Below are positions 29,417 to 39,522 of a stretch of 64,000 nucleotides of DNA, piece by piece. Position numbers and translations under genes: made by a program. Numbering within the stretch: position 1 is the stretch's first letter; each line of letters begins with the position of its first letter. This DNA comes from an uncultured Eubacterium sp. (GTDB taxonomy: Bacteria; Bacillota; Clostridia; Lachnospirales; Lachnospiraceae): contig CAYWUE010000001.1 of the NCBI GenBank assembly GCA_964461415.1, positions 13,841 through 77,840 of the forward strand, given 5' to 3'. Below the pieces are notes generated by a model, which was not told where the DNA came from, did no database searches, and worked only from the letters and a program-made list of their open reading frames with translations.

Positions 29417-31315
29417 ATGGATAATAATACTAATAGAAACAATTCAGGCAATATGGACAACAAAAAACAGAAGAAAAACCAAATAATGGGAATAGTAATT
29501 GCTTTGATAGCAGCATTTATTTTCACGACATTAAGTTCTTTTGTTTTTGATTCTATGACAACAAAAGAAATCAGTTATAATCAGTTTATAGCATTGCTTG
29601 AAAATAATCAGGTGGACTCAGTTGTTTTTTCTAATGGAAAAATACAAATAACACCAAAGGATACAGGCACAGGTGCCTTAAAAGTAACTTATTGGACGAC
29701 TGAATTAAATGATATTCAGCTTGTTCAGGAATTAAAAGACAAATATTCAGATGTAAAATTTAAAGGAGAACAAAAAAGCAGTTCAACAAGTATTATACTT
29801 ATATTGTTAGAATGGGTAATTCCTTTTGCAATGTTTTACTTTTTGCTCAGCTTCATAATGAAAAAAGCCGGTGGTGGAGCCGGTGGTGGCGGAGTATTCA
29901 GTGTTGGAAAAAGTAATGCAAAGATATACGTACAAAAGGAAACAGGAGTAACCTTTAAAGATGTGGCAGGACAGGAAGAAGCGAAGGAATCCGTTGTGGA
30001 ATTGGTTGATTTTCTTCACAATCCTGGTAAATATACAGAAATTGGAGCAAAGCTTCCAAAGGGAGCATTGCTCGTTGGACCACCGGGAACAGGTAAAACA
30101 TTATTAGCAAAAGCTGTAGCAGGAGAGGCGAAAGTGCCATTTTTCTCATTGTCTGGCTCGGATTTTGTGGAAATGTTCGTAGGTGTAGGTGCATCAAGAG
30201 TAAGAGATTTGTTCAAGCAGGCTGAACAAAATGCACCATGTATCGTATTTATTGATGAAATTGACTCGATTGGAAAAAGTAGAGATTCAAGATATGGCGG
30301 TGGAAATGATGAGAGAGAACAGACATTGAATGCATTGCTTGCAGAGATGGATGGTTTTGATACATCGAAGGGTATTTTGATTCTTGCTGCAACCAACAGA
30401 CCGGAAGTTCTTGATCCGGCACTTTTAAGACCGGGACGTTTTGACAGACGAGTTATAGTCGATGCTCCGGATTTTAAGGGCAGAGTTGAAACACTAAAAG
30501 TACATTCTAAAGATGTTAAACTAGATGAGACAGTTGATTTTGATGCAATTGCAAATATTACAAGTGGAGCTGTAGGCTCTGATCTTGCGAATATGGTTAA
30601 TGAAGCTGCAATTAATGCTGTCAAATGCGGAAGAAAGGCTATTTCTCAGGCAGATCTTATGGAAGCTGTGGAAGTTGTTATCGCAGGTAAGGAAAAGAAA
30701 GATAGAATCCTTAGCAAGGAAGAAAAGAAAATCGTAGCATATCATGAAGTTGGTCATGCTTTAGTGGCTGCAATTCAGAAAAACTCAGAGCCTGTTCAGA
30801 AAATTACAATTGTACCAAGAACTATGGGTTCATTAGGTTATGTTATTCAGGCACCGGAAGAAGAAAAATATCTGATGTCAAAAGATGAATTAGATGCAAG
30901 AATTGTAACATTCCTTGCCGGTAGAGCAGCAGAAGAGATAGTGTTCGATTCAGTCACAACAGGCGCTTCTAACGATATGGAAAAGGCTACCAAGATAGCA
31001 CGTTCAATGATTGCTCAATATGGTATGTCAGAAAAATTCGGTTTAATGAGTCTAGAACAGGTTGAAAATCCATATTTAGGAAATAGAACAAGCCTTAACT
31101 GCAGTGATAAGACTGCAACTCAGATTGAGGAAGAAGTTAAACTTCTTCTCAAAGAAAAATATGAAGAGGCTAAAAAACTTCTTACAGAAAATCGTGATAA
31201 GTTGGACAAAATTGCAAAGTTCCTGTATGAAAAAGAAACAATTACAGGAAAAGAATTTATGGAAATTTATAATAAATGCAGCAAGGAAGAATCTGCGACA
31301 AATCAGGATGAATAA
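29417..31315 (+). CDS. ftsH: ATP-dependent zinc metalloprotease FtsH
   Basis: Two TMs; GPPGTGKT, IDEID, RPGRFDR and HEVGH motifs. Confidence 0.95.
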   Translation: MDNNTNRNNSGNMDNKKQKKNQIMGIVIALIAAFIFTTLSSFVFDSMTTKEISYNQFIALLENNQVDSVVFSNGKIQITPKDTGTGALKVTYWTTELNDIQLVQELKDKYSDVKFKGEQKSSSTSIILILLEWVIPFAMFYFLLSFIMKKAGGGAGGGGVFSVGKSNAKIYVQKETGVTFKDVAGQEEAKESVVELVDFLHNPGKYTEIGAKLPKGALLVGPPGTGKTLLAKAVAGEAKVPFFSLSGSDFVEMFVGVGASRVRDLFKQAEQNAPCIVFIDEIDSIGKSRDSRYGGGNDEREQTLNALLAEMDGFDTSKGILILAATNRPEVLDPALLRPGRFDRRVIVDAPDFKGRVETLKVHSKDVKLDETVDFDAIANITSGAVGSDLANMVNEAAINAVKCGRKAISQADLMEAVEVVIAGKEKKDRILSKEEKKIVAYHEVGHALVAAIQKNSEPVQKITIVPRTMGSLGYVIQAPEEEKYLMSKDELDARIVTFLAGRAAEEIVFDSVTTGASNDMEKATKIARSMIAQYGMSEKFGLMSLEQVENPYLGNRTSLNCSDKTATQIEEEVKLLLKEKYEEAKKLLTENRDKLDKIAKFLYEKETITGKEFMEIYNKCSKEESATNQDE

Positions 31316-31389
31316 TTTATAAAAAATGTCATAACCAGCTCTCATAAGAGGGCTGGTTAAATCTATGTAGTAGGATATGAGAAAATATT

Positions 31390-33291
31390 ATGGGTGAATT
31401 TAATTTTTCGGAAGAACTAAAAAAAATGCCATCGACTCCGGGTGTGTATCTGATGCATGATAAGCGTGATAACGTTATTTATGTAGGAAAAGCAATAAAT
31501 CTAAAAAGACGTGTGAGTTCTTATTTTAGACAAAGCACAAAAAAAAGTCAGAAAATTGAGTCTATGGTTTCAAATATTAAAAGATTTGAATATATACTTA
31601 CCGATTCTGAATTAGAAGCTTTAATATTAGAATGTAATCTGATAAAAGAATATCGTCCAAAATATAATACAATGCTTATGGATGACAAAACTTATCCATA
31701 TGTAATGATTACCGTCAGTGAAGATTATCCGAGAATAATAATGGCCCGTAGGATGAAGAAAGATAATAATAAATATTTTGGACCTTTCACAAGCAGTACT
31801 GCTGTAAAGGATACAATCGATTTGCTTCAAAAAATGTATAAAATAAGAAGCTGCAACAAATCCATAATAACAGATGACACATATACGGCAGATAATGAAC
31901 ATAAACAAATTCCAAAGATTAATGGAAGACCTTGTCTTTATTATCATATAGGTCAGTGTGAAGGCGCCTGTCAGGGTTATATTTCAAAAAAAGGTTACAG
32001 AGAAAATATAAAAAAAGCCATTAAATTTTTGGAGGGCAATTATACAGAAACTCTTAAAGATTTAGAGAGGCAAATGAAGGAAGCATCGGCAAATCTTGAT
32101 TTTGAAAAAGCTATGGAATGTAGAGATTTGATAAATAGCATAAATCATGTAGCGGGAAATCAGAAAATAACAACTCATCAGTTTGAGGATAGAGATGTTA
32201 TCGCATATGCCGAGGAAGGAAATGATGCAGTAGTTCAGGTGTTTTTTGTTAGAAATGGGAAACTTATAGGAAGAGAACATTTTTATCTGACAACAGCACC
32301 GGGAGATGGTGGGACAGATATTTTGACAAGTTTTATAAAACAGTATTATATTGGAACGCCGTTTATACCGAAGGAATTATTAGTTCAAGAAGAGGTTGAT
32401 GAGCCAGAACTTTTATCAAAATTACTAAGCAGAAATCAGAATTATACAGTTAGAATTGTAAATCCTAAAAAAGGACAGAAAGAAAAGCTAGTAGAGCTTG
32501 CCTCAAAAAATGCCAGAAATCTGTTAGAGCAAAACAAAGAAAAATATAGACGTGAACAAAAAAAGACAACAGGAGCCGTAGAGGAGATAGAGGAACTTAC
32601 GGGGATTAAAGGAATTCATAGAATGGAGGCCTACGATATTTCAAATACTAACGGTTATGAATCGGTTGCATCTATGATTGTTTATGAAGACGGAAGGCCA
32701 AAGAGAAATAACTATAGAAAATTTAGAATAAAATCAGTAAAAGGACCTGATGATTATGCCAGCATGAGAGAAGTTCTTACAAGAAGATTTACTCATGGAC
32801 TAGAAGAACGTAAAAAATTAGATATGGAAGATAAAGACTATGAACTTGGAAGTTTCAGCAAATTTCCGGATGTAATTATGATGGATGGCGGAAAAGGTCA
32901 GGTTAACGTAGCATTGGAAGTGTTAGATGCTCTTAAATTAGATATTCCGGTTTGTGGTATGGTAAAGGATGATAATCATAGAACCAGAGGTTTATATTAT
33001 AATAATGTGGAAATTCCTATATCTACACATTCGGAAGGTTTTAAGTTAATAACAAGAATGCAAGATGAAACTCATAGATTTGCAATTGAATATCATAGAA
33101 GCCTTAGAAATAAAAAACAGGTACATTCTATTCTAGATGACATTCCGGGAGTGGGACCTGCGAGGAGAAAAATACTCATGAAAGAATTTAAAACAATTGA
33201 AGGCATAAGGCAGGCTACATTAGATGAACTGGAAAATACACAGGGTATAAATGAGAAAGTGGCAAAGGATATATATAAATTTTTTCACTAA
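31390..33291 (+). CDS. uvrC: Excinuclease ABC subunit C
   Basis: GIY-YIG (GVY...IYVGKA), YDIS, DGGKGQ and C-terminal HhH. Confidence 0.96.
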   Translation: MGEFNFSEELKKMPSTPGVYLMHDKRDNVIYVGKAINLKRRVSSYFRQSTKKSQKIESMVSNIKRFEYILTDSELEALILECNLIKEYRPKYNTMLMDDKTYPYVMITVSEDYPRIIMARRMKKDNNKYFGPFTSSTAVKDTIDLLQKMYKIRSCNKSIITDDTYTADNEHKQIPKINGRPCLYYHIGQCEGACQGYISKKGYRENIKKAIKFLEGNYTETLKDLERQMKEASANLDFEKAMECRDLINSINHVAGNQKITTHQFEDRDVIAYAEEGNDAVVQVFFVRNGKLIGREHFYLTTAPGDGGTDILTSFIKQYYIGTPFIPKELLVQEEVDEPELLSKLLSRNQNYTVRIVNPKKGQKEKLVELASKNARNLLEQNKEKYRREQKKTTGAVEEIEELTGIKGIHRMEAYDISNTNGYESVASMIVYEDGRPKRNNYRKFRIKSVKGPDDYASMREVLTRRFTHGLEERKKLDMEDKDYELGSFSKFPDVIMMDGGKGQVNVALEVLDALKLDIPVCGMVKDDNHRTRGLYYNNVEIPISTHSEGFKLITRMQDETHRFAIEYHRSLRNKKQVHSILDDIPGVGPARRKILMKEFKTIEGIRQATLDELENTQGINEKVAKDIYKFFH

Positions 33292-33512
33292 AGTTGTAAG
33301 TGCAAATAAAAAGATTATTTTTTTAGAAAGAGACAATATAAGAATTAATTGTTTAAGACTATTAAAAAGGAGCGGAAGTTGAAAAATATAGACACTTTTT
33401 AGAAATTTAAAAAAGTGTTTAAAATGTCTAATAATTTAACTATACAAAAAATTAGCGTAATGTTAAAATAATGTTAATTAGACTTTTGGACGATTAAGTG
33501 AAAGGAGTTGCC

Positions 33513-34448
33513 ATGGAAAAGATTAAATTTACAAAAATCGTTGAAAATTATAATCTGGTGAATTACACCCCTGAAATTGATACGGATAAAATTTTTATCA
33601 GTACACCGGAGGTTAACAGACCAGCATTGCAGTTGGCAGGATTTTTTGAGCATTTTGACAAAGAAAGAGTTCAAATTTTAGGAAATGTAGAATATGCATT
33701 CCTAGACAGCATGGAAAGACAGAACAGATTGTGGGTATATGAAAAATTAATGAGTAGCGGCATACCATGTCTTATTTTGTGTAGAGAGCATAAAGCAGAT
33801 GATGATTTGTTAGAAGCAGCAAAAAAACATAATGTTCCTGTATTCATGACAGAGTGGGCAACTTCTAGATTTTATGCTGAATTAACGAGATGGTTAAAGG
33901 TACAGCTTGCACCTTGCATTACAATACATGGAGTTTTGGTAGATGTTTATGGTGAAGGTGTTTTGATTATGGGTGAGAGCGGTATCGGAAAAAGCGAGGC
34001 AGCTCTTGAATTAATAAAACGTGGACACAGACTTGTAACAGATGATGTTGTAGAAATTAGAAAAGTAAGTGATGAAACATTAATAGGAACATCACCTGAG
34101 ATTACAAAGCATTTTATTGAATTAAGAGGTATCGGAATTATTGATGTAAAAGCATTGTTTGGTGTCGAAAGTATTCTTGATACAGCTAATATTGATATGG
34201 TTATCAAGTTAGAGGAATGGGATAGAGAAAGAGAATATGACAGATTAGGTATTGAAGATAATTATACAGAATTCCTTGGAAATGAGGTTGTATGTTACTC
34301 AATTCCAATAAGACCGGGCAGAAACGTGGCTGTAATTGTAGAATCTGCCTCAGTTAACCATAGACAAAAGAAGATGGGTTACAATGCGGCAAAGGAATTA
34401 TATAAGCGTGTAACAGATAATATTATGAAAAAAAATGATGATGAATAA
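33513..34448 (+). CDS. hprK: HPr(Ser) kinase/phosphorylase
   Basis: GESGIGKSE...HRLVTDD, ELRGIGI and PGRN motifs. Confidence 0.96.
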   Translation: MEKIKFTKIVENYNLVNYTPEIDTDKIFISTPEVNRPALQLAGFFEHFDKERVQILGNVEYAFLDSMERQNRLWVYEKLMSSGIPCLILCREHKADDDLLEAAKKHNVPVFMTEWATSRFYAELTRWLKVQLAPCITIHGVLVDVYGEGVLIMGESGIGKSEAALELIKRGHRLVTDDVVEIRKVSDETLIGTSPEITKHFIELRGIGIIDVKALFGVESILDTANIDMVIKLEEWDREREYDRLGIEDNYTEFLGNEVVCYSIPIRPGRNVAVIVESASVNHRQKKMGYNAAKELYKRVTDNIMKKNDDE

Positions 34449-34463
34449 ATTAGGAGGCTAGTT

Positions 34464-35405
34464 GTGAAAAAATATTGTTTTGGAGTAGATGTTGGAGGAA
34501 CAACAGTAAAATTAGGACTTTTTACAGTAGAAGGTGAATTGTTAGACAAATGGGAAATAGTAACAAGAAAAGAGAACAAGGGTGAATATATATTGTCGGA
34601 TATATGCAAATCACTTGATGAAAAGCTTCAGGAAAAGTCAATAAGTGTTGATGAGGTTAAAGGCATCGGAATCGGACTTCCGGGTCCTGTATTGGATGAC
34701 GGAACGGTTTTGCAGTGTGTTAATCTTGGATGGGGAAGATTTAATGTTGCAGAAAAAATGTCAGAAATGTTCCATGGAATCAACGTAAAAGCTGCAAATG
34801 ATGCAAATGTTGCGGCCCTTGGTGAAGCATGGAAAGGTGGCGGAAAAGATTTTGACAATGTTGTAATGATTACATTAGGAACAGGTGTAGGAGGCGGCGT
34901 TGTTATCGGTGGAAAAATTATTACGGGATATAATGGAGCAGCCGGAGAAATCGGACATATGCATGTAGAAGATAATGAAGAATTAAGTTGTAATTGCGGA
35001 TGTAGCGGATGTCTTGAACAGTATGCTTCTGCAACAGGAGTAGTAAGATTGGCAAAAAGATATATGGAAAAATCCGAGAACGAAACAAGAATGTCAGAAT
35101 TTGGAGAGAATATTACAGCGAAGGATATTTTTGATCTTGCAAAGCAGGGAGATAACGGTGCTGTGGAAGTTGTGTCACAGATGAGTACATATTTAGGAAA
35201 AGCCATGGCTTGTATTGCCATAGTTGTAAATCCTCAGGCATTTATAATAGGCGGAGGAGTAAGCAAGGCAGGACAGTATCTTGTAGATGGTGTGTCAAAG
35301 GTATATGTAGAAGATATATTCCAGGCATGCAGTGAGGCTAAGATTGTTCTTGCACAGTTGGGTAATGATGCCGGAATTTATGGTGCAGCAGCACTTATAG
35401 CATAA
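34464..35405 (+). CDS. glcK: ROK family glucokinase
   Basis: DVGGT, NDAN, TLGTGVGGG and GEIGH...CNCGCSGCLE motifs. Confidence 0.9.
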   Translation: MKKYCFGVDVGGTTVKLGLFTVEGELLDKWEIVTRKENKGEYILSDICKSLDEKLQEKSISVDEVKGIGIGLPGPVLDDGTVLQCVNLGWGRFNVAEKMSEMFHGINVKAANDANVAALGEAWKGGGKDFDNVVMITLGTGVGGGVVIGGKIITGYNGAAGEIGHMHVEDNEELSCNCGCSGCLEQYASATGVVRLAKRYMEKSENETRMSEFGENITAKDIFDLAKQGDNGAVEVVSQMSTYLGKAMACIAIVVNPQAFIIGGGVSKAGQYLVDGVSKVYVEDIFQACSEAKIVLAQLGNDAGIYGAAALIA

Positions 35406-35433
35406 AAGCGACTTCAGTGTTTAGGAGGATTCA

Positions 35434-36336
35434 ATGAATAACGAATTCATAGGCAAAATAAAAGAAATAGTAGGCGAAAACTATGTTAAAGAGAATGAAA
35501 ATATGGCAACTCACTGCACGTTTAGATGTGGCGGATATGCAGAACTATTTGTAATTCCGGGAAGCGTAGATGAATTAGTTGCAGTAATAAAAAACTGCAG
35601 AGAAAATAGCATAGATTATTTAGTTATAGGAAATGGAAGTAATCTTTTAGTAAGAGATGAAGGCTATAAGGGTGTAATAATTGAAGTGAATTCAAGAATC
35701 AGCTATGTTGATGTTGTTGGTGAAGATATAGTTGCAGATGCAGGAGCAAAATTATCAACTGTAGCACTAACGGCTATGGAAAATGATTTGGGTGGTTTTG
35801 AATTTGCTCATGGAATACCCGGAAACATAGGCGGCGCTGTAATGATGAATGCAGGAGCTTATGGTGGAGAAATGAAAGATGTACTAAAATGGGTTAAGGT
35901 ACTAGATGAAAACGGTGAAGTTATAACCTTGGATGCTTCCCATCTTGAAATGGGATACAGAACAAGTATCATTGAAAAAAAAGGATATATAGTACTTCAA
36001 GTAAGAATCGGCTTAAACATAGGCTATTCAGATGATATAAGCATGATCATGCAGATGTTTATGCAAAAAAGAAAGGCAAGTCAGCCATTAGAATATCCAA
36101 GTGCAGGCAGTACGTTTAAAAGGCCAGAGGGATATTTTGCTGGAAAACTGATAGATGATGCCGGGTTAAGAGGATATAGAGTAGGTGGAGCAATGGTATC
36201 AGAAAAACATTGTGGGTTTGTAATAAATTATGATAATGCAACAGCTACAGATGTGCTTAATCTAATCAATGATGTACAAAAAATAGTAAAGGAAAAGTTT
36301 GACGTAAATCTTGAACCAGAGGTTAGAATTATTTAA
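35434..36336 (+). CDS. murB: UDP-N-acetylenolpyruvoylglucosamine reductase
   Basis: GNGSNLL, MNAGAYG, SAGSTFKRP and LEPEV motifs. Confidence 0.95.
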   Translation: MNNEFIGKIKEIVGENYVKENENMATHCTFRCGGYAELFVIPGSVDELVAVIKNCRENSIDYLVIGNGSNLLVRDEGYKGVIIEVNSRISYVDVVGEDIVADAGAKLSTVALTAMENDLGGFEFAHGIPGNIGGAVMMNAGAYGGEMKDVLKWVKVLDENGEVITLDASHLEMGYRTSIIEKKGYIVLQVRIGLNIGYSDDISMIMQMFMQKRKASQPLEYPSAGSTFKRPEGYFAGKLIDDAGLRGYRVGGAMVSEKHCGFVINYDNATATDVLNLINDVQKIVKEKFDVNLEPEVRII

Positions 36337-36363
36337 AATAATCTGCTATAGTAAGGAGCGCAA

Positions 36364-37224
36364 ATGCGATTTGTAATAGTAACAGGAATGTCAGGGGCAG
36401 GAAAAATTACTGCCCTTAAGATTTTTGAGGATAATGGATATTATTGTGTAGACAACCTTCCGATAGACCTGATAGAAAATTTTGCAGATATATTGTTTAG
36501 TCAGCATGATGGAAAAAATAAGGTCGCAATAGGTGTTGACATAAGAAGTGGAAAGAACCTTGAAAAAATAACAGATGTATTGCAAAATATGAAGGACAAA
36601 GAACAAAATTATGAGATTTTGTTCTTAGATTGTGAAAATAACACTTTAATAAAAAGATTTAAAGAAACAAGAAGAAGTCATCCGATGGGTGATAGAGACA
36701 GTGTAGAGAATGAAATAAACGAAGAAAGACAAAAACTTGATTTTTTAAGAAAGAAGGCTGATTACATAATAAATACAAGCAATCTTTTGGTTAAGGAATT
36801 AAGAGGAGAAATAGAAAAAATATTTGTACTAAACAGAGAATATAGAAGTCTGTTTGTTACAATAATGTCTTTTGGATTTAAATATGGTATTCCGGTGGAT
36901 TGTGATTTGGTTTTTGATGTGAGATTTTTACCTAATCCTTATTATGTACCTGAATTAAAAAATAAAACAGGAAATCAAAAGGAAGTTCAGGAGTTTGTGA
37001 TGAGTTCTAAGATTACAGAGGAATTTATGACGAAACTTTTGAATATGATACATTTTCTTATACCAAATTATATTGAAGAAGGAAAAAATCAGTTAGTTAT
37101 TGGAATTGGTTGTACAGGAGGGCATCATAGGTCGGTTACGGTTGCTAATGAATTATATAATGAATTAAACAGCTCAGAGGCAACATATGGATTGCGTATA
37201 TCTCATCGTGACATAGACAGGTAA
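36364..37224 (+). CDS. rapZ: RapZ/YvcJ P-loop protein
   Basis: TGMSGAGK, VDNLP, SFGFKYG, DVRFLPNPYY and GCTGGHHRSV motifs. Confidence 0.93.
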   Translation: MRFVIVTGMSGAGKITALKIFEDNGYYCVDNLPIDLIENFADILFSQHDGKNKVAIGVDIRSGKNLEKITDVLQNMKDKEQNYEILFLDCENNTLIKRFKETRRSHPMGDRDSVENEINEERQKLDFLRKKADYIINTSNLLVKELRGEIEKIFVLNREYRSLFVTIMSFGFKYGIPVDCDLVFDVRFLPNPYYVPELKNKTGNQKEVQEFVMSSKITEEFMTKLLNMIHFLIPNYIEEGKNQLVIGIGCTGGHHRSVTVANELYNELNSSEATYGLRISHRDIDR

Positions 37225-37234
37225 AAATTGCAAA

Positions 37235-38197
37235 ATGGAACAAAATTTGAGTTTTTCAAGAAAAGTTAAAAGGGAATTAGCAGACCACATAAGCAATGGA
37301 GCACATTGCAGAATAGCAGAAATAGCGGCTATAATTTCAATGTGTGGCAGTATTCTTATCGATGTAGATGAAAGGTATGGAATAAGAGTAAGGACTGAAA
37401 CTGAATCAACAGCCGAAAAATATAAAAAACTGATATGGAAAACATTTCATATAGATACAGATATTGTGGTAAAAAAGAATGCATATTCAAAAAATGCTGA
37501 GACATATACTATTACCGTAAAGAATCACGATCAGGCAATAAAAATATTAGAAGCAACAAAGTTGATTGATATGCTGGGACAAATAGGAGAAAATCTGTCA
37601 GTTACAAACAATGTTGTGATAATGAAAGATTGTTGCAAAAGAGCATTTATAAGAGGGGCATTTATGGCAGCAGGATCTATAAGCGATCCTAATACTTCAT
37701 ATCACTTCGAAATAAAATGCAACAATGAAAAAAAAGCAGAACAATTAATAAAATTGCTCAATAAATTTAATATTGATGCGAAAACAGTTGCAAGAAAAGG
37801 TCATTTTGTGGTATATATCAAAGAAGGCGAAGGAATAGTTGATGTTTTAAATGTAATGGAAGCTCCTGTCGCCTTGATGGAGATGGAAAACATACGTATT
37901 TTGAAAGGTATGAGTAATTATTACAACAGGCAGGTTAATTGTGAGACTGCCAACATCAAAAAGACTGTGACAACTGCGTGCAGACAAATAGATGATATTA
38001 ATTATATTATCGAAAAAGCCGGGTTGAAATATCTGCCTTATAAACTTCAGGATATAGCAATATTGCGAATAGAAAATCCTGATGCATCTTTGCAGGAATT
38101 AGGGCAGATGCTTGAACCACCCCTTGGAAAATCAGGGGTAAATCACAGATTAAGAAAAATTTGCCAGATCGCAGATGAATTAAAGGGAAACCCCTAA
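37235..38197 (+). CDS. whiA: DNA-binding protein WhiA
   Basis: FIRGAFMAAGSISDP, NRQVNCETAN and KSGVNHRLRK motifs. Confidence 0.93.
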   Translation: MEQNLSFSRKVKRELADHISNGAHCRIAEIAAIISMCGSILIDVDERYGIRVRTETESTAEKYKKLIWKTFHIDTDIVVKKNAYSKNAETYTITVKNHDQAIKILEATKLIDMLGQIGENLSVTNNVVIMKDCCKRAFIRGAFMAAGSISDPNTSYHFEIKCNNEKKAEQLIKLLNKFNIDAKTVARKGHFVVYIKEGEGIVDVLNVMEAPVALMEMENIRILKGMSNYYNRQVNCETANIKKTVTTACRQIDDINYIIEKAGLKYLPYKLQDIAILRIENPDASLQELGQMLEPPLGKSGVNHRLRKICQIADELKGNP

Positions 38198-38212
38198 GGA
38201 GGAAAGGTTATA

Positions 38213-38467
38213 ATGACAACAAAGGACGTAACAATTGATATTAAGCAGGCTTCAGATGCCAGTCCGGTAGCTAAATGTGTACAATTAGCTAGCCAGTTTA
38301 ACAGTAGCATATATATAGAAAATGGAGCTACAAAAGTAAATGCTAAATCTATTATGGGAATGATGGCATTAGGACTTCTTGCCGGAGACAATGTAAAGGT
38401 TTCTGCAGAAGGTGATGATGAACAGAATGCAGTAGATGCAATAGCAGAGTACTTAACAGCTAATTAA
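38213..38467 (+). CDS. HPr/Crh-like phosphocarrier protein lacking His15
   Basis: NAKSIMGMMAL (Ser46); DASP in place of HARP; sits at the crh position after whiA. Confidence 0.85.
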   Translation: MTTKDVTIDIKQASDASPVAKCVQLASQFNSSIYIENGATKVNAKSIMGMMALGLLAGDNVKVSAEGDDEQNAVDAIAEYLTAN

Positions 38468-38469
38468 TA

Positions 38470-38512
38470 AAAAATCCTTTCTATTGGCTATGACCAACAG
38501 AAAGGATTTTTT
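38470..38512 (+). terminator. Intrinsic terminator
   Basis: AAAAATCCTTTCT...AGAAAGGATTTTT. Confidence 0.75.
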
Positions 38513-38699
38513 ATATTAGATTTTTAGGACTCTAGTTGCCATAAATATCTATGGCAAGCGGAGGCCTAATATATAACATTTTAAATTTAATGTTTAATGT
38601 TATGCTTACAAGTTTGTTTATATTGTGGGCGTTTTATGGTATACTTGGAATATTGTAAAAGGTTTATTTTATGTAGAAATATGTTTAGGAGATATAGAT

Positions 38700-39455
38700 A
38701 TGAAATTGATTTCGTGGAACGTAAATGGTATTCGTGCCTGTGTTACAAAAGGGTTTATGGATTTTTTTAATGAGATAGATGCTGATATTTTTTGTATTCA
38801 GGAATCAAAGATGCAGGAAGGTCAGCTTGAACTTGATATGCCAGGATATTATCAGTATTGGAATTATGCTGAAAAGAAAGGATATTCAGGAACGGCTATT
38901 TTTACTAAGAAGGAACCTATATGTGTTAGTTATGGAATTGGAATAGAGGAGCATGACCATGAGGGGCGTGTTATAACTTTAGAATTTGATGACTTTTATA
39001 TGATTACATGTTACACACCAAATTCTCAGAATGAGCTAAAAAGATTAGATTACAGAATGCAATGGGAGGATGACTTTAAGGCATATCTTAAAGAATTAGA
39101 AAAGAATAAGCCGGTTATTTTATGTGGAGATTTAAATGTGGCCCATAAGGAGATTGACCTTAAAAATCCTAAGACTAATAGAAAAAATGCAGGTTTTACG
39201 GATGAAGAAAGAGGAAAGATGACAGCATTATTGGAAGATGGGTTTGTTGACACTTTCAGATATTTCTATCCTAAGGTGGAAGGCCGATATAGCTGGTGGT
39301 CATATAGATTTAAGGCAAGAGAAAAGAATGCAGGGTGGCGTATTGACTACTTTATTGTGTCGGAAACGCTTAAAGACAAGCTTAAAAGTGCGGACATACA
39401 CAGCGATATTCTGGGTTCAGATCATTGTCCGGTAGAATTAATTATAGAAGATTAG
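38700..39455 (+). CDS. xth: Exodeoxyribonuclease III / AP endonuclease
   Basis: [22 protein letters not shown] and GSDHCP motifs. Confidence 0.95.
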   Translation: MKLISWNVNGIRACVTKGFMDFFNEIDADIFCIQESKMQEGQLELDMPGYYQYWNYAEKKGYSGTAIFTKKEPICVSYGIGIEEHDHEGRVITLEFDDFYMITCYTPNSQNELKRLDYRMQWEDDFKAYLKELEKNKPVILCGDLNVAHKEIDLKNPKTNRKNAGFTDEERGKMTALLEDGFVDTFRYFYPKVEGRYSWWSYRFKAREKNAGWRIDYFIVSETLKDKLKSADIHSDILGSDHCPVELIIED

Positions 39456-39522
39456 AAGTCATATAACTATAAAACAGAAAGCAAGGCATTAAAAGATGTC
39501 TGTTACTGAAGGGAAACATAAT

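Noticed and set aside
29867-29893. GCCGGTGGTGG duplication in ftsH
   Set aside because: It encodes the ordinary Gly-rich linker after the second TM.
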